From contig JAEUQR010000158.1 of assembly GCA_016789705.1 (NCBI GenBank), positions 6,550 through 70,549 on the forward strand: DNA of 64,000 bases, in the 5' to 3' direction. The position numbers and the translations under genes are program-made. The DNA is from Acidobacteriota bacterium (GTDB taxonomy: Bacteria > Acidobacteriota > Vicinamibacteria > Vicinamibacterales > UBA2999). The notes below the pieces were generated by a model that was not told the DNA's origin, did no database searches, and saw nothing but the letters and a program-made list of their open reading frames with translations. This document shows positions 20,434 to 29,782 of the stretch, piece by piece; position 1 is the stretch's first letter, and each line of letters begins with the position of its first letter.

Positions 20434-22242
20434 TCAGCGCAGCGGCCAGGTGACCGCGCTCAGCGAGAGTTCATGCCGTTCACCCGGGCGGACCTGCAGC
20501 GGGCGCGCGAGCGCTCGCAGCGACGACAGGACGTCAGGCTCCCGGTGTTCCCCCGGCGGCAGACCGTCCACGGCGATCGCCAGATACCGATCACCCGGTG
20601 GAACGTAGCGGACGGAGAACGTGCTGTCGGATGACACGGTGGCGGCACGCACGGAGGTGCTCCATTCGTGCCAGCGGGCGGGATCGTCCGGGAACACGAT
20701 GACCACCGGCCTCGGGCCCGCGCCACGCTCGGCGCGCGCCCACTGCACCGTGCCGGCCACCTCGGACGCCAGCGTCGACACTTCCACGATCATCTCGACG
20801 GCCTCTCCGGCGAAGGGAATCGCTCTGTCGAGCATGTCGACGCTGCCCACGCTCAGCGCCGTGATGCCCAGAGGCGGATCCCCCGAGGCCTGCCGCTCGG
20901 TCCGCGCCTGCGCGGCTTCGAGGGGCATGGGCGTCGGGCCGCCCGTCAGCAGGCGCACGTACAGCGGTCCGAACAGCCCGGTCGCGTGAAACGAACCGTC
21001 CGCCGCGACCTCCACCGGCGCTGGCGGTGCAACACCTCCGGCGAAGTCGCGGGATGACTGCGAAAGCTGCACTCTGAGCGGCCGTCGCACTGGCTGACCG
21101 CGTTCGTCGACGACGCGGCCCCTCACCGTGGCCCCCGGGCCGAGCGGGATTGTGACGCCGTCCACGTCCGCGCCATCCACGTCGACCTCGACGCTTCCGG
21201 CGCGATTGAGCGGCCCCCACGGCCCGTCGGCGCCTTCCCGCGCGGTGAGGTTATAGCGCCCCGGCGGCACGCGGGTGACCTCGAACACGCCGTCGGCGCC
21301 TGCGGAGGATCCGGTGGCGCCGTTGCCGAGTCGGTGCCGATCGATGCGGCTGACCATGACGGTGACGCGCGTGGCCGCGCGCGCGTCCATGCCGACGACC
21401 TGTCCGCGAATCACGGCCAGCCGCGTCGTCAGCAGCGGGAAGGCGACGCCGCTCGTGTCGCGCCCCGCGCGCACGACAACCGGCGCGGCATCGGCCACGG
21501 CACTGGTGCCCGGATAGTAGGTGAGCGCGAAGCCGTCGCGATCCGCTGACTGGCCGGGGCGTCCCTCGACGTCCATCTGGCGTGGGCGCGCCGCGACGAG
21601 GTATTCGCCCGGGGCCAGTCCCCAGACACGGAACGTGCCGGTGTCGTCCGACTCACTGCGCCGCCCCGCGGTCTGAAGCAGGCCGCGTCTGCCGTCCTCG
21701 CGTCTCAGCACCTCAATCGCGATGCTCGCGGCTGGATCGCCGAACTCGTCCACGACGCGGCCCACGATCGCGCCGGCCGGCGACAGCGTGATGGCGATGC
21801 CTTCAATCAGCTGGCCGGCAGCCAGAGACAGCGCCGCCGGACCCCCACCGCCGGCCGGTGCGCCGTTCCAGGTCACGGCCGGGTCGTAGTAGCCGTCCTT
21901 CGACGCGACCACGGTGGCGCGGCCCGCGGCAACGCCAGTGAACTCGAAGGCGCCGGACGCGTCCGTGGAGGTTCTGAGTGACTCGCCCCGGTCAGCAGCG
22001 CCCGCGCCCGAGGCGAGCGCCGGCGTGACACGCAGGAACACCGTGGCGCGCCGGATGGGCTGGCCAGTGGTGGCATCGCGTACGGTCCCGCGCACGGTCG
22101 CGGTGCCCGCCGTTGTGTCCGGGCGAGCGGGTGCGGGCGCCTGCGCTGGCGGCGATGTGGCGGACGTCACACCGCGATTGGTCGCGGCAGCAGCCGACAG
22201 GCTGACGACGGCGAGACCCACGGACACGAGCGCAACTCGCAT
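20434..22242 (-). CDS. Secreted protein with tandem carboxypeptidase-regulatory-like (beta-sandwich) domains
   Basis: Signal peptide; repeated GTVRD/GRVVD...G.P units; TYYPGT motif. Confidence 0.8.
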   Translation of the reverse strand: MRVALVSVGLAVVSLSAAAATNRGVTSATSPPAQAPAPARPDTTAGTATVRGTVRDATTGQPIRRATVFLRVTPALASGAGAADRGESLRTSTDASGAFEFTGVAAGRATVVASKDGYYDPAVTWNGAPAGGGGPAALSLAAGQLIEGIAITLSPAGAIVGRVVDEFGDPAASIAIEVLRREDGRRGLLQTAGRRSESDDTGTFRVWGLAPGEYLVAARPRQMDVEGRPGQSADRDGFALTYYPGTSAVADAAPVVVRAGRDTSGVAFPLLTTRLAVIRGQVVGMDARAATRVTVMVSRIDRHRLGNGATGSSAGADGVFEVTRVPPGRYNLTAREGADGPWGPLNRAGSVEVDVDGADVDGVTIPLGPGATVRGRVVDERGQPVRRPLRVQLSQSSRDFAGGVAPPAPVEVAADGSFHATGLFGPLYVRLLTGGPTPMPLEAAQARTERQASGDPPLGITALSVGSVDMLDRAIPFAGEAVEMIVEVSTLASEVAGTVQWARAERGAGPRPVVIVFPDDPARWHEWSTSVRAATVSSDSTFSVRYVPPGDRYLAIAVDGLPPGEHREPDVLSSLRALARPLQVRPGERHELSLSAVTWPLR

Positions 22243-22341
22243 GCGATCACCTTGCCGGAGGAGGCGACGGTGTCTCGTTGGACGACGGGGAGCGTCGTCT
22301 GGCCGCGAGCCATGGACGCCGCGTCACTGACGCGGCGGAAA

Positions 22342-22467
22342 AGTGGTGCCGGCGGAGGGAATCGACAACGGGAAGGCGAGGCCGGAGGCCGACGCCGTGT
22401 TGCTGATGCCTCCACCGGCGGCACGACGAGCCCGAGGGTGAGGAGTGGTGCCGGCGGAGGGAATCGA
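22342..22467. repeat. Exact 24-bp direct repeat of the tRNA-Leu 3' end (att-like), copies at 22342-22365 and 22444-22467
   Basis: AGTGGTGCCGGCGGAGGGAATCGA occurs twice, separated by 78 bp. Confidence 0.9.
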
Positions 22468-22534
22468 ACCCACACGCCCCGTTAGGAGCACAGGATTTTG
22501 AGTCCCGCGCGTCTGCCAGTTCCGCCACGCCGGC
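22446..22534 (-). tRNA. tRNA-Leu (anticodon CAA)
   Basis: GCCGGCG/CGCCGGC acceptor stem, anticodon loop CTCAAAA, long variable arm, TTCGATT T-loop, encoded CCA; 89 nt. Confidence 0.96.
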
Positions 22535-22570
22535 ACGTGGAGTCTTCAGCTTACTACGAGCGCCGCGCGG

Positions 22571-24997
22571 TTATTCGGGCCGCCAGACGAGCGCGACGAG
22601 CTGCACCTGCACGCCGCCGCGCTTGGGCTTCACCACCACGCGGTCGAACACCTCGCCCTCGGCGCTCCATTCGGCCTGCAGCGCCTGCAGGTCCTGCTCG
22701 AGTGTGTCGGCGAGGGCCTGCCGCTGCTCGACGAGGGCCGCTTCGTTCGCCTTCGCGCGTTCGACGTCCTGCGACTCGCGGCCGATGCGGCTCACGCCGC
22801 GCGCCGCCGTGGCCACGCGGCCGGCGTTGGTCGCACTTACCACCTTGCGGCCGAAGAAGGCGCCGAGCACCGAGGCCCCCACCGACACGGCCGTCGTGAA
22901 CTTCGACTCGGTGGCCTGCTGTTCTTCCTTCTGAATCGCGGCGCCCGCCTTGCGGATCTTCTCGTTCATCGCCGCGAGCTTCGGCGCATGTTTCGCGCGC
23001 AGCTTCGCGATGGCCTCGTCGCGCGCTTCGCGGGCGGCGTGGTTCACGCGCACGCGGAACGCCGCTTCGGTCTCGCCGGGATGCGAGATCGCACCGGTCT
23101 TCGCCGAGCGGAAGAGCTCCACGCTCTGCGAGCGCGCGGCCCACGACGAGAACTCCTTCGTCCACGTCGCGTAGCTCTTCGGCTTGGCCGCCACCTGCGG
23201 CAGCGAGGCGAAGGTGCCGCCGGCGCGCGGTTCGGTCGTGAGGGCGTCCACGGCGAAGTCGGCCGGTTCCGCGTGTTCCCAGTCGACCACCACCGGGCCG
23301 TCGGTGAGCGGGGTCCAGACGACGATGTCGTTCGTCTCGTCGAGGCCGAGCTTGGCGTCGCTGTAGGTGAGGCGGGCTGCGCCGACGAGCATCGGCACCC
23401 ACGCATCACCACTGCCCGGCGCGAAGAACTGCGGCACGTCGGGCGGCACGATGGGCCGCGCGGCGAGTGGCGGCGGCGCGGGGGCGACGGCCGGGGCCGC
23501 GGCCGCTGCTGTGGGCGTGGGGGCGGGCGCGGCGCCTGCCACCGGCGCGGGCGCCGTGATCGGTGTCGTCGCGGCGGCGGCAGCCGCGCGCTGCGGATCC
23601 ATCAGGGTGCGGATCTCGTCGCGCCCCATCGGGCCGCGCAGGTAGGAGAGCGCCCAGCGCGACTGCAGCAGCAGGGGCTGCGAGTCGTGCACGTTGTGCA
23701 GCAAGAACACGCGCTTCTCGAGGCTCGAGAGCAGGTCGTCCATCTGCGCGCGATCGAATCCCTGGCCCGAGCCGGCGGCCACGCCTTCGAGGCCGTCGAG
23801 CACGCGCGCCTTGTCGCGTTCCGTCTGCAGGCGGCCGAGGAACCAGGTGCCGGCATTCGCCAGCGCCTTGTAGTCGAGGTCCACCGGGTTCTGCGTGGAG
23901 AGCACGCAGCCAAGGCCGAAGGCGCGCGCCTGTTTCAGCAGGGTGAGCAGCGGCACCTTGCTCGGCGGGTTGGCCGTAGGCGGCAGGAAGCCGAAAAGTT
24001 CGTCCATGTAGAGCACGGCCCGGAGCGACGTCGTGCCGCGCTGCGCGCGCATCCACGCCAGCACCTGTTCGAGCAGCAGCGCCACGAAGAACATCCGCTC
24101 GGTGTCGCCCAGGTGCGCGATCGACACGACGGCGATGCGCGGTTTGCCGGCCGGCGTGTACAGCAGCTTCGCCACGTCGAGCGGTTCGCCTTCGAGCCAG
24201 GTGGCGAACCCCGGCGCCGCCAGCACGTTGTTCAGCTTCATCGCCAGCGCGAAGCGTTCGGACGCCGGATAGAAGGCCTCGAGTTCGAGCACGCCAATCT
24301 TGGTCATCGGCGGCGTCTGCACCTGGCCGATGAGCGACGCGAGGTCGAGGTTGCGGCCGCTGCGCCACGCCTCCTGCAGCAGGGTCGAGACGAGCACGTG
24401 CTCGCGGCTCGTCTGCGCGTCGCCGCTCACGCCGGCGAGCGCCAGGATGCCCGTGGCCACCGACTGCACGCGCGCGGCGAGCAGTTCCGGCTCGTCGAGC
24501 ACCGTCTTCGGCGGCACGTTGAAGGTCTCGAGAATCGAGAGCGGCAGGCCGGCGCGGCTGCCCGGCGTGTAGACGGCCACGTCGGCGGCCGCTTTCAGGC
24601 GCTCGATGCGCGCGCCGTCTTCGTCCCACTCGGCAAGGCCTGCCTTCCAGCGCGCCGCTTCCTTCGCGGCGAACGCCTCGGGCGTGAGCTGCTGGGCGCG
24701 GGCTTCGTCGGTGTTCACCCAGGGCTGGAACTCCTGCGCGGACAGGCCCGGGAAGGTGAGCATGAGGTTGGCCAGATCGCCCTTGGGGTCGATGGCGAGC
24801 ACCGGGAGGCCGTCGATGGCCGCTTCTTCGATGAGGGCGATGCCGAGGCCCGTCTTGCCGCTGCCGGTCATGCCGATGCAGACGGCGTGGGTCAGCAGGT
24901 CCGACGAGTCGTAGAGCAGCGGCTCGTTCGTGCGCTGCCGCGTCGCGGCGTCGTAGCGGCGTCCCAGGTAGAAGAGTCCCAGCTGCTCGTAGTTCAT
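22571..24997 (-). CDS. HerA/FtsK-superfamily P-loop ATPase (DUF87/DUF853-like) with Pro/Ala linker and coiled-coil C-terminus
   Basis: Walker A GMTGSGKT, IDPKGD, Walker B YMDE, STQNPVDLDYK. Confidence 0.85.
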   Translation of the reverse strand: MNYEQLGLFYLGRRYDAATRQRTNEPLLYDSSDLLTHAVCIGMTGSGKTGLGIALIEEAAIDGLPVLAIDPKGDLANLMLTFPGLSAQEFQPWVNTDEARAQQLTPEAFAAKEAARWKAGLAEWDEDGARIERLKAAADVAVYTPGSRAGLPLSILETFNVPPKTVLDEPELLAARVQSVATGILALAGVSGDAQTSREHVLVSTLLQEAWRSGRNLDLASLIGQVQTPPMTKIGVLELEAFYPASERFALAMKLNNVLAAPGFATWLEGEPLDVAKLLYTPAGKPRIAVVSIAHLGDTERMFFVALLLEQVLAWMRAQRGTTSLRAVLYMDELFGFLPPTANPPSKVPLLTLLKQARAFGLGCVLSTQNPVDLDYKALANAGTWFLGRLQTERDKARVLDGLEGVAAGSGQGFDRAQMDDLLSSLEKRVFLLHNVHDSQPLLLQSRWALSYLRGPMGRDEIRTLMDPQRAAAAAATTPITAPAPVAGAAPAPTPTAAAAAPAVAPAPPPLAARPIVPPDVPQFFAPGSGDAWVPMLVGAARLTYSDAKLGLDETNDIVVWTPLTDGPVVVDWEHAEPADFAVDALTTEPRAGGTFASLPQVAAKPKSYATWTKEFSSWAARSQSVELFRSAKTGAISHPGETEAAFRVRVNHAAREARDEAIAKLRAKHAPKLAAMNEKIRKAGAAIQKEEQQATESKFTTAVSVGASVLGAFFGRKVVSATNAGRVATAARGVSRIGRESQDVERAKANEAALVEQRQALADTLEQDLQALQAEWSAEGEVFDRVVVKPKRGGVQVQLVALVWRPE

Positions 24998-25022
24998 GAC
25001 GCCCGCCATTGTAGCCGCGCCG

Positions 25023-26834
25023 TCAGACGTCGAGTCCCACCGATCGCATGAGGGCGATCGCGTTGCTCGTGCTGACGACGCCGTCGCGCAGGCGGTAGTC
25101 GAAGCGCAGCACGCCGTCCTCGAAGTGGTCGACGAAATGCATGTTGCGGGCGCGCGCGCCGAGCGTGCCCGCAAAGGCGGTGAGCGCGAGGTCGTGCGTA
25201 GTGGCAAGGCCGATGGCACCGAGGTCCACGAGCCCGCGCAGCACGCCCGCGGCGCCCTGCTGGCGATCGTGTGAGTTCGTGCCCGAGAGCAGTTCGTCGA
25301 TGAGGAAGAGCGTGCCGGCGCCGGAGGTCTGGCGCGCCAGATCGACGATCTGCCGCAGCTTGGTGATCTCGGCGAAGAAACGCGACTGGCCGGATTGCAG
25401 CGAGTCCTGCACGCGCAGCGTGCCGGCGGGCATGAGCGGCGTGAGGCGGAGGGCGGCCGCGCACACCGGGGCGCCGGCCTGCGCGAGCACGACGTTCACG
25501 CCGATGGCGCGCATGTAGGTGCTCTTGCCCGACATGTTCGAGCCGCTCACGATGACCAGGTGCGGCGCGTCGCCGCCGAGCGCCACGTCGTTCCCGACGG
25601 CGATGGCCGCCGGCAGCAGGGGATGCGCCACCGCGGTGCCATGCAGCATCGGCGGGCCGCCTCCGAGCTCCGGATACACCGCGTCTGGATGTTCCCCCGC
25701 GAAGGTCGCCAGTGCCGAGAGTGCCTCGACCTCGCCGAGGGCATCGAACCATCCGCCGACGTGCCGGCCGGCGCGGGCGCGCCAGCGGTCGACCGCCCAG
25801 GCCAGATGTGTGGCCCAGAAGAGCAGCACTGACAAGGGCCCGAAGATCTGGTTCTGGCGTGAGGTCAACAGGTCGACGAGGCGGGAGAGGCGCCGGATCT
25901 CGGCCGACGCCGGCGCCCCACTGGCGTGCAGCCGTGCCTGCAGCTCGCGCAGCCGGGGGCTCGTGAAGGGTTCGGCCTCGACCCGGGCCACGAGGGCCGC
26001 GGCAATCCGGAGGTCGTGCGCGCGGTCTTCCACGGCGCGGATGGAGCGTCGCACCCGTGGACGCAGCCAGAACCCGACGACAGCCTGCGCCGCCAGCGCG
26101 CCGCTGAACCAGTCGGGCGGTGTGGACGTGCGCGCCCAGATGGCGAGTGCGGCAAGCGTCACGAGCGAGAGCGCCACGAGGACGACCGGCGCCCACGACG
26201 CCGGCGGGCGCCCGGCAGCCGCGGCCCAGGCGGTGACAGCATCCGTCGTGGCCGCGCCCGGCACGTCGGGCCCGAGCACGGCGAGGTCCTCGCGGAAGGC
26301 GTCGCGTGCCGCGAGATCGCGCACCGCCTCCTGCCGCGCGTGCACCTCGCCGGGCGGCGCCGGGGCGAGCAGCCACGCCGCCAGCCGCCGCTCTCCGGCA
26401 TCCGTGCGGGTGGTGCAGACCAGGTCGAACAGGCCCCCGGCTCCGAAGAGATCGAGGTCCTCCGCATAGGGATGTCCGGTGGGGAGGTGGACCGCGCCGG
26501 TCACGCCCAGCCCCTGCCAGCGGTCCTCGAGACGGGCGAGGGCCCGGTCGGTGTGGGCGAGGCGGCGTCGCGAATGTGTCTGCCGCTCGAGCAGCCGGGC
26601 GTGCGCCACGGCCGTCGCGGCAAACGCCAGCCCGGGGACGAGCAGCCACCAGCCGCTCCAGCGTTGCCAGCCGAAGGCGCCGATGGCCAGCGCGAGGGCC
26701 AGGGCGCCGAGCCCCAGCCGCGCCGCGGCGAAGCGGGCGTCGGCGTGATCGCTCGCGGCGAGGTCGGCGCGCAGGCGCTCCCGCCGGTCGCGGCAGCCGG
26801 CGGCTACGGCCGCACGATCCCGTCGGCCGTCCAC
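25023..26834 (-). CDS. MutS-related protein (domain V ATPase with N-terminal TM segments)
   Basis: GSNMSGKST, SRFFAEI, IDELLSGTNSHDR, TTHD; start uncertain (in-frame GTG 26834). Confidence 0.85.
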   Translation of the reverse strand: MDGRRDRAAVAAGCRDRRERLRADLAASDHADARFAAARLGLGALALALAIGAFGWQRWSGWWLLVPGLAFAATAVAHARLLERQTHSRRRLAHTDRALARLEDRWQGLGVTGAVHLPTGHPYAEDLDLFGAGGLFDLVCTTRTDAGERRLAAWLLAPAPPGEVHARQEAVRDLAARDAFREDLAVLGPDVPGAATTDAVTAWAAAAGRPPASWAPVVLVALSLVTLAALAIWARTSTPPDWFSGALAAQAVVGFWLRPRVRRSIRAVEDRAHDLRIAAALVARVEAEPFTSPRLRELQARLHASGAPASAEIRRLSRLVDLLTSRQNQIFGPLSVLLFWATHLAWAVDRWRARAGRHVGGWFDALGEVEALSALATFAGEHPDAVYPELGGGPPMLHGTAVAHPLLPAAIAVGNDVALGGDAPHLVIVSGSNMSGKSTYMRAIGVNVVLAQAGAPVCAAALRLTPLMPAGTLRVQDSLQSGQSRFFAEITKLRQIVDLARQTSGAGTLFLIDELLSGTNSHDRQQGAAGVLRGLVDLGAIGLATTHDLALTAFAGTLGARARNMHFVDHFEDGVLRFDYRLRDGVVSTSNAIALMRSVGLDV

Positions 26835-27379
26835 AGGTACAACGTGCGGCGGTGATTGCCGCTGTCGGTGAAGGTATCGACCTTCTCGGGTGTCCAGTCG
26901 CCGAACCCGAAGTTGTGGGCGACGATGCGCGTGCCCGGTTTGAGCGTGCGCGTCAGCACGGGCCGGAGCTTCAGATTGGAGGCGGTGAGCAGGTAGGTCG
27001 TGACCACCGTGGCGCTCGACACATCGGTCGTGAGCGCGTCTTCGAGCTTGAAGGTGACCAGGCCCGACACGCCCTCCTTGCGGGCGTTGGCGTTGGCTTC
27101 GGCGATCCGCTGCGGATCGATATCCACGCCGATGCCGCGGGCGCCGTACTTCTTCGCCGCCGTGATCGGGATGCGGCCATCGCCGCAGCCGAGGTCGATG
27201 ACCACATCGGTCTTCGACACGCGGGCCAGCGCCAGCATCCGGTCCACCACATCCTGCGGCGTCGGGACGTAGGGCGCGAGGTTCGGGGCATCGACCCGCT
27301 TCGGGGCCGGCGGGGGCTGGGCGGTGGCCAGCCCGACCGTGACGACGGCAAGAAGGGACGCGAGGAGGGCCCTGCGCAT
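26804..27379 (-). CDS. Class I SAM-dependent methyltransferase with signal peptide
   Basis: PYVPTP, DLGCGDGRI, LKPGTRIVAH; MRRALLASLLAVV signal. Confidence 0.88.
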   Translation of the reverse strand: MRRALLASLLAVVTVGLATAQPPPAPKRVDAPNLAPYVPTPQDVVDRMLALARVSKTDVVIDLGCGDGRIPITAAKKYGARGIGVDIDPQRIAEANANARKEGVSGLVTFKLEDALTTDVSSATVVTTYLLTASNLKLRPVLTRTLKPGTRIVAHNFGFGDWTPEKVDTFTDSGNHRRTLYLWTADGIVRP

Positions 27380-27545
27380 GGGCACAAGGATACAGACAAA
27401 CCCTCCCGACGGTGCCGGCCGCCGGCCGGGGGACGGTAACCCCCGTCCGGCACACGGTTTAGGGGGCGCGGCCCGGTGCAACGGCGGGCAAGCGAAATCC
27501 TCGGGATTTTGGCCATTTTCCGTGATCCTCCGGCCTCGGGTCGGC

Positions 27546-27551
27546 TATAAT
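27546..27551 (+). promoter_or_regulatory. Consensus -10 box upstream of carD
   Basis: Perfect TATAAT in an AT-rich patch about 65 nt before the start. Confidence 0.55.
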
Positions 27552-27617
27552 GAATAGGTCTTCGAGGGCAAATTCCCGCCCTTAAAGCGACCTACCCAAA
27601 CCTGGAACGGGGGCCAC

Positions 27618-28241
27618 GTGTCATTCTCGGTCGGCGACAAGGTCATCTACCCCAATCACGGGCTCGGCGTCGTAGAGAAGGTCGAAGAAAAGACCATCCT
27701 CGGCACCACCTGCGGCTTCTTTCACCTTCGCATCCTCTCGAACGACACGACCGTGCTCGTGCCGGTGGCGAACGTCGACAACGTCGGCCTGCGCCGTGCG
27801 ATCGACGACGACGAGGTGGAGCGGCTGTTCGGCAAGCTCGGCGACGGCAAGATCGACAACCACGCGAACTGGAAGGGCCGGTTCAAGGACAACTCCGACA
27901 AGATGCGGAGCGGCTCGATCGCCGACATGGCCGACGTGCTGAAGAGCCTCACGTTCCTCGCCAAGTCCAAGAGCCTCTCGTTCCGCGAGAAGCGCATGCT
28001 CGATCGCGCCAAGTCGCTCATCGTCTCGGAGGTCTCCGAGGTGATGCGCGTGACGCCGCTCGAGATCGAGACCCGGGTCGAAAAGGCGCTGGAGCAGTGC
28101 TTCAGCACCAAGGCCCGCAACACCCAGCGCGCCGAAGCGCGCGCCAAGGCCGCGCCGCCCGTGAAGACGGCACCGGTCAAGGCGGCGGTGGCCGCGGCCG
28201 CGGTGCCGGCGGCGAAGCCCCGGCAGGCTCGCGCGTCGTAA
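27618..28241 (+). CDS. carD: CarD family RNA-polymerase-binding transcription factor
   Basis: FSVGDKVIYPNHGLG, VLVPV..VGLR, conserved NW in NWKGRFK; Ala/Lys-rich tail. Confidence 0.93.
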   Translation: MSFSVGDKVIYPNHGLGVVEKVEEKTILGTTCGFFHLRILSNDTTVLVPVANVDNVGLRRAIDDDEVERLFGKLGDGKIDNHANWKGRFKDNSDKMRSGSIADMADVLKSLTFLAKSKSLSFREKRMLDRAKSLIVSEVSEVMRVTPLEIETRVEKALEQCFSTKARNTQRAEARAKAAPPVKTAPVKAAVAAAAVPAAKPRQARAS

Positions 28242-28260
28242 GCGCCGATCTGTCAGACTG

Positions 28261-28305
28261 GAATGCCCGGCCGGACACACGTCCGTGCCGGGCATTCGTG
28301 TTTCT
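28261..28305 (+). terminator. Putative intrinsic terminator after carD
   Basis: GAATGCCCGGC-CGGAC/GTCCG-T-GCCGGGCATTC long stem followed by GTGTTTCT. Confidence 0.6.
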
Positions 28306-28340
28306 GCGGTCGTGACCATGTCATTCCCCATGGGGCTCCT

Positions 28341-29087
28341 GTGATCTCGACGGCCATTGCGGCCGTGCGCTCGGTCGCCGCCTACGTCGGCGCGGCCCTG
28401 TACGTCCTGATAGCCGGGCCGCCCGGCCTGCTGATTGCCATTCCGTTCAAATGGAAGGGCCTGCTCTACGTGCTCGGACATGGCGGCGCCGCGCTGGCGC
28501 TCGGCCTGGCCGGCATCCGCTACCGGATGAGCGGCCGCGCCAACATCCCGAAGGGCCGGGCGGTGGTGTTCTGCGCCAACCATCAGAGCAACGTCGATCC
28601 GCCGGTGCTGTATCGGGCGCTGCATCCGCGGCTCCACATCCTGTTCAAGGCGGAGCTGCGCAAGCTGCCGATTCTCGGGCTGGTGATGGAGACCGGCGGC
28701 TTCGTGCCGGTGGATCGCGGCAGCCGCGATGCCGCCCTCACGGCGATCGATGTGGCGGCCGCCTCCCTCCGCGACGGCAATTCGTTCCTCATCTTCCCCG
28801 AAGGCACCCGCAGCAAGACCGATCAGCTCTTGCCCTTCAAGAAGGGCGGCTTCATCATGGCCATCAAGGCGCAGGCGCCGATCGTGCCGGTGGCGATCAC
28901 CGGCGGCCGCGCCGCGATGCGCAAGGGCAGTGCGATCGTGCGTCCGGTCATGGTCTCGGTGCGGCTGGGCGCGCCCATCGAAACGGCCGGCCGCACCCTG
29001 GCCGATCGCGACGCAATCATCGACGAGGTGCGGGGCGCAATCGAAGCGTTGATGGCGCAGGGGCCGGTGACGGCCGCCGAGCGCTGA
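28341..29087 (+). CDS. 1-acyl-sn-glycerol-3-phosphate acyltransferase (PlsC-like)
   Basis: NHQSNVD (HX4D), FPEGTRS, FKKGGF. Confidence 0.9.
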   Translation: MISTAIAAVRSVAAYVGAALYVLIAGPPGLLIAIPFKWKGLLYVLGHGGAALALGLAGIRYRMSGRANIPKGRAVVFCANHQSNVDPPVLYRALHPRLHILFKAELRKLPILGLVMETGGFVPVDRGSRDAALTAIDVAAASLRDGNSFLIFPEGTRSKTDQLLPFKKGGFIMAIKAQAPIVPVAITGGRAAMRKGSAIVRPVMVSVRLGAPIETAGRTLADRDAIIDEVRGAIEALMAQGPVTAAER

Positions 29088-29102
29088 GCGGGAGGAGGGG
29101 TC

Positions 29103-29681
29103 GTGGACCTGCTCGTCACAGCCGGGCGCACGCTGGGCTTCTCGCTGGCCGCGGGCGTCAACCTCTACGCCACGGTCGCCATGCTCGGCCTGGCGACGCG
29201 CCTCGGCGTCGTGCGGTTGCCGCCGCAGTTCGCGGTCTTCGACAACCCGTGGGTGATCGGGATCGCGCTCGCCCTCTACGTCGTCGAGTTCGTGGCCGAC
29301 AAGGTGCCGTGGGTCGACACGCTGTGGGACACGGCGCATACGCTCGTCCGGCCGCTCGGCGGCGCCCTCATCGCGGTGTCGACCCTGGGTGAGGCGGCGC
29401 CGTGGATCCAGGGCCTCGTCGCCGTGCTCGGCGGCACGGTCGCTGCCGGCGGGCACCTGACGAAGGCGGGCACGCGTGCGGCCGTGAACGTGAGTCCGGA
29501 GCCGTTCACGAACTGGGCGCTCAGCCTCGCTGGCGATGTCTTCGTGCTGGGGCTCGGCGCGCTCGCGCTGGCCTATCCGGTGGCCGCGCTCGTCGTCACG
29601 CTCGTGTGCCTGACGTGCATCGTGCTGCTGCTGCGCTGGCTGATTGGCTGGGTACGGCGCGCCGCCTCACCACCGCCGTAG
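29103..29681 (+). CDS. DUF4126 family membrane protein
   Basis: AAGVNLYA, EFVADKVPWVD, SPEPFTN; GGAGG SD. Confidence 0.85.
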   Translation: MDLLVTAGRTLGFSLAAGVNLYATVAMLGLATRLGVVRLPPQFAVFDNPWVIGIALALYVVEFVADKVPWVDTLWDTAHTLVRPLGGALIAVSTLGEAAPWIQGLVAVLGGTVAAGGHLTKAGTRAAVNVSPEPFTNWALSLAGDVFVLGLGALALAYPVAALVVTLVCLTCIVLLLRWLIGWVRRAASPPP

Positions 29682-29782
29682 CGCCGGGAACCGGAGTCCA
29701 CACGGGGAGTCCGAAGCCCGGTGGACGGCCGGCCCGCGTCCGGACACCGTCCCGGAGCTACCATAGGCCCAAGGTCGCCGTC

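Noticed and set aside
22317-22337. Perfect inverted repeat as the tRNA terminator
   Set aside because: The T-run lies before, not after, the hairpin on the transcribed strand
15532-22446. Intact genomic island extending from the tRNA over the GT2 operon
   Set aside because: No integrase and no distal att copy seen; most genes have host-like codon use
22342-22467. Direct repeats as a mini CRISPR array
   Set aside because: Only two exact copies, a 78-bp spacer, the repeat is the tRNA 3' end, and no cas genes
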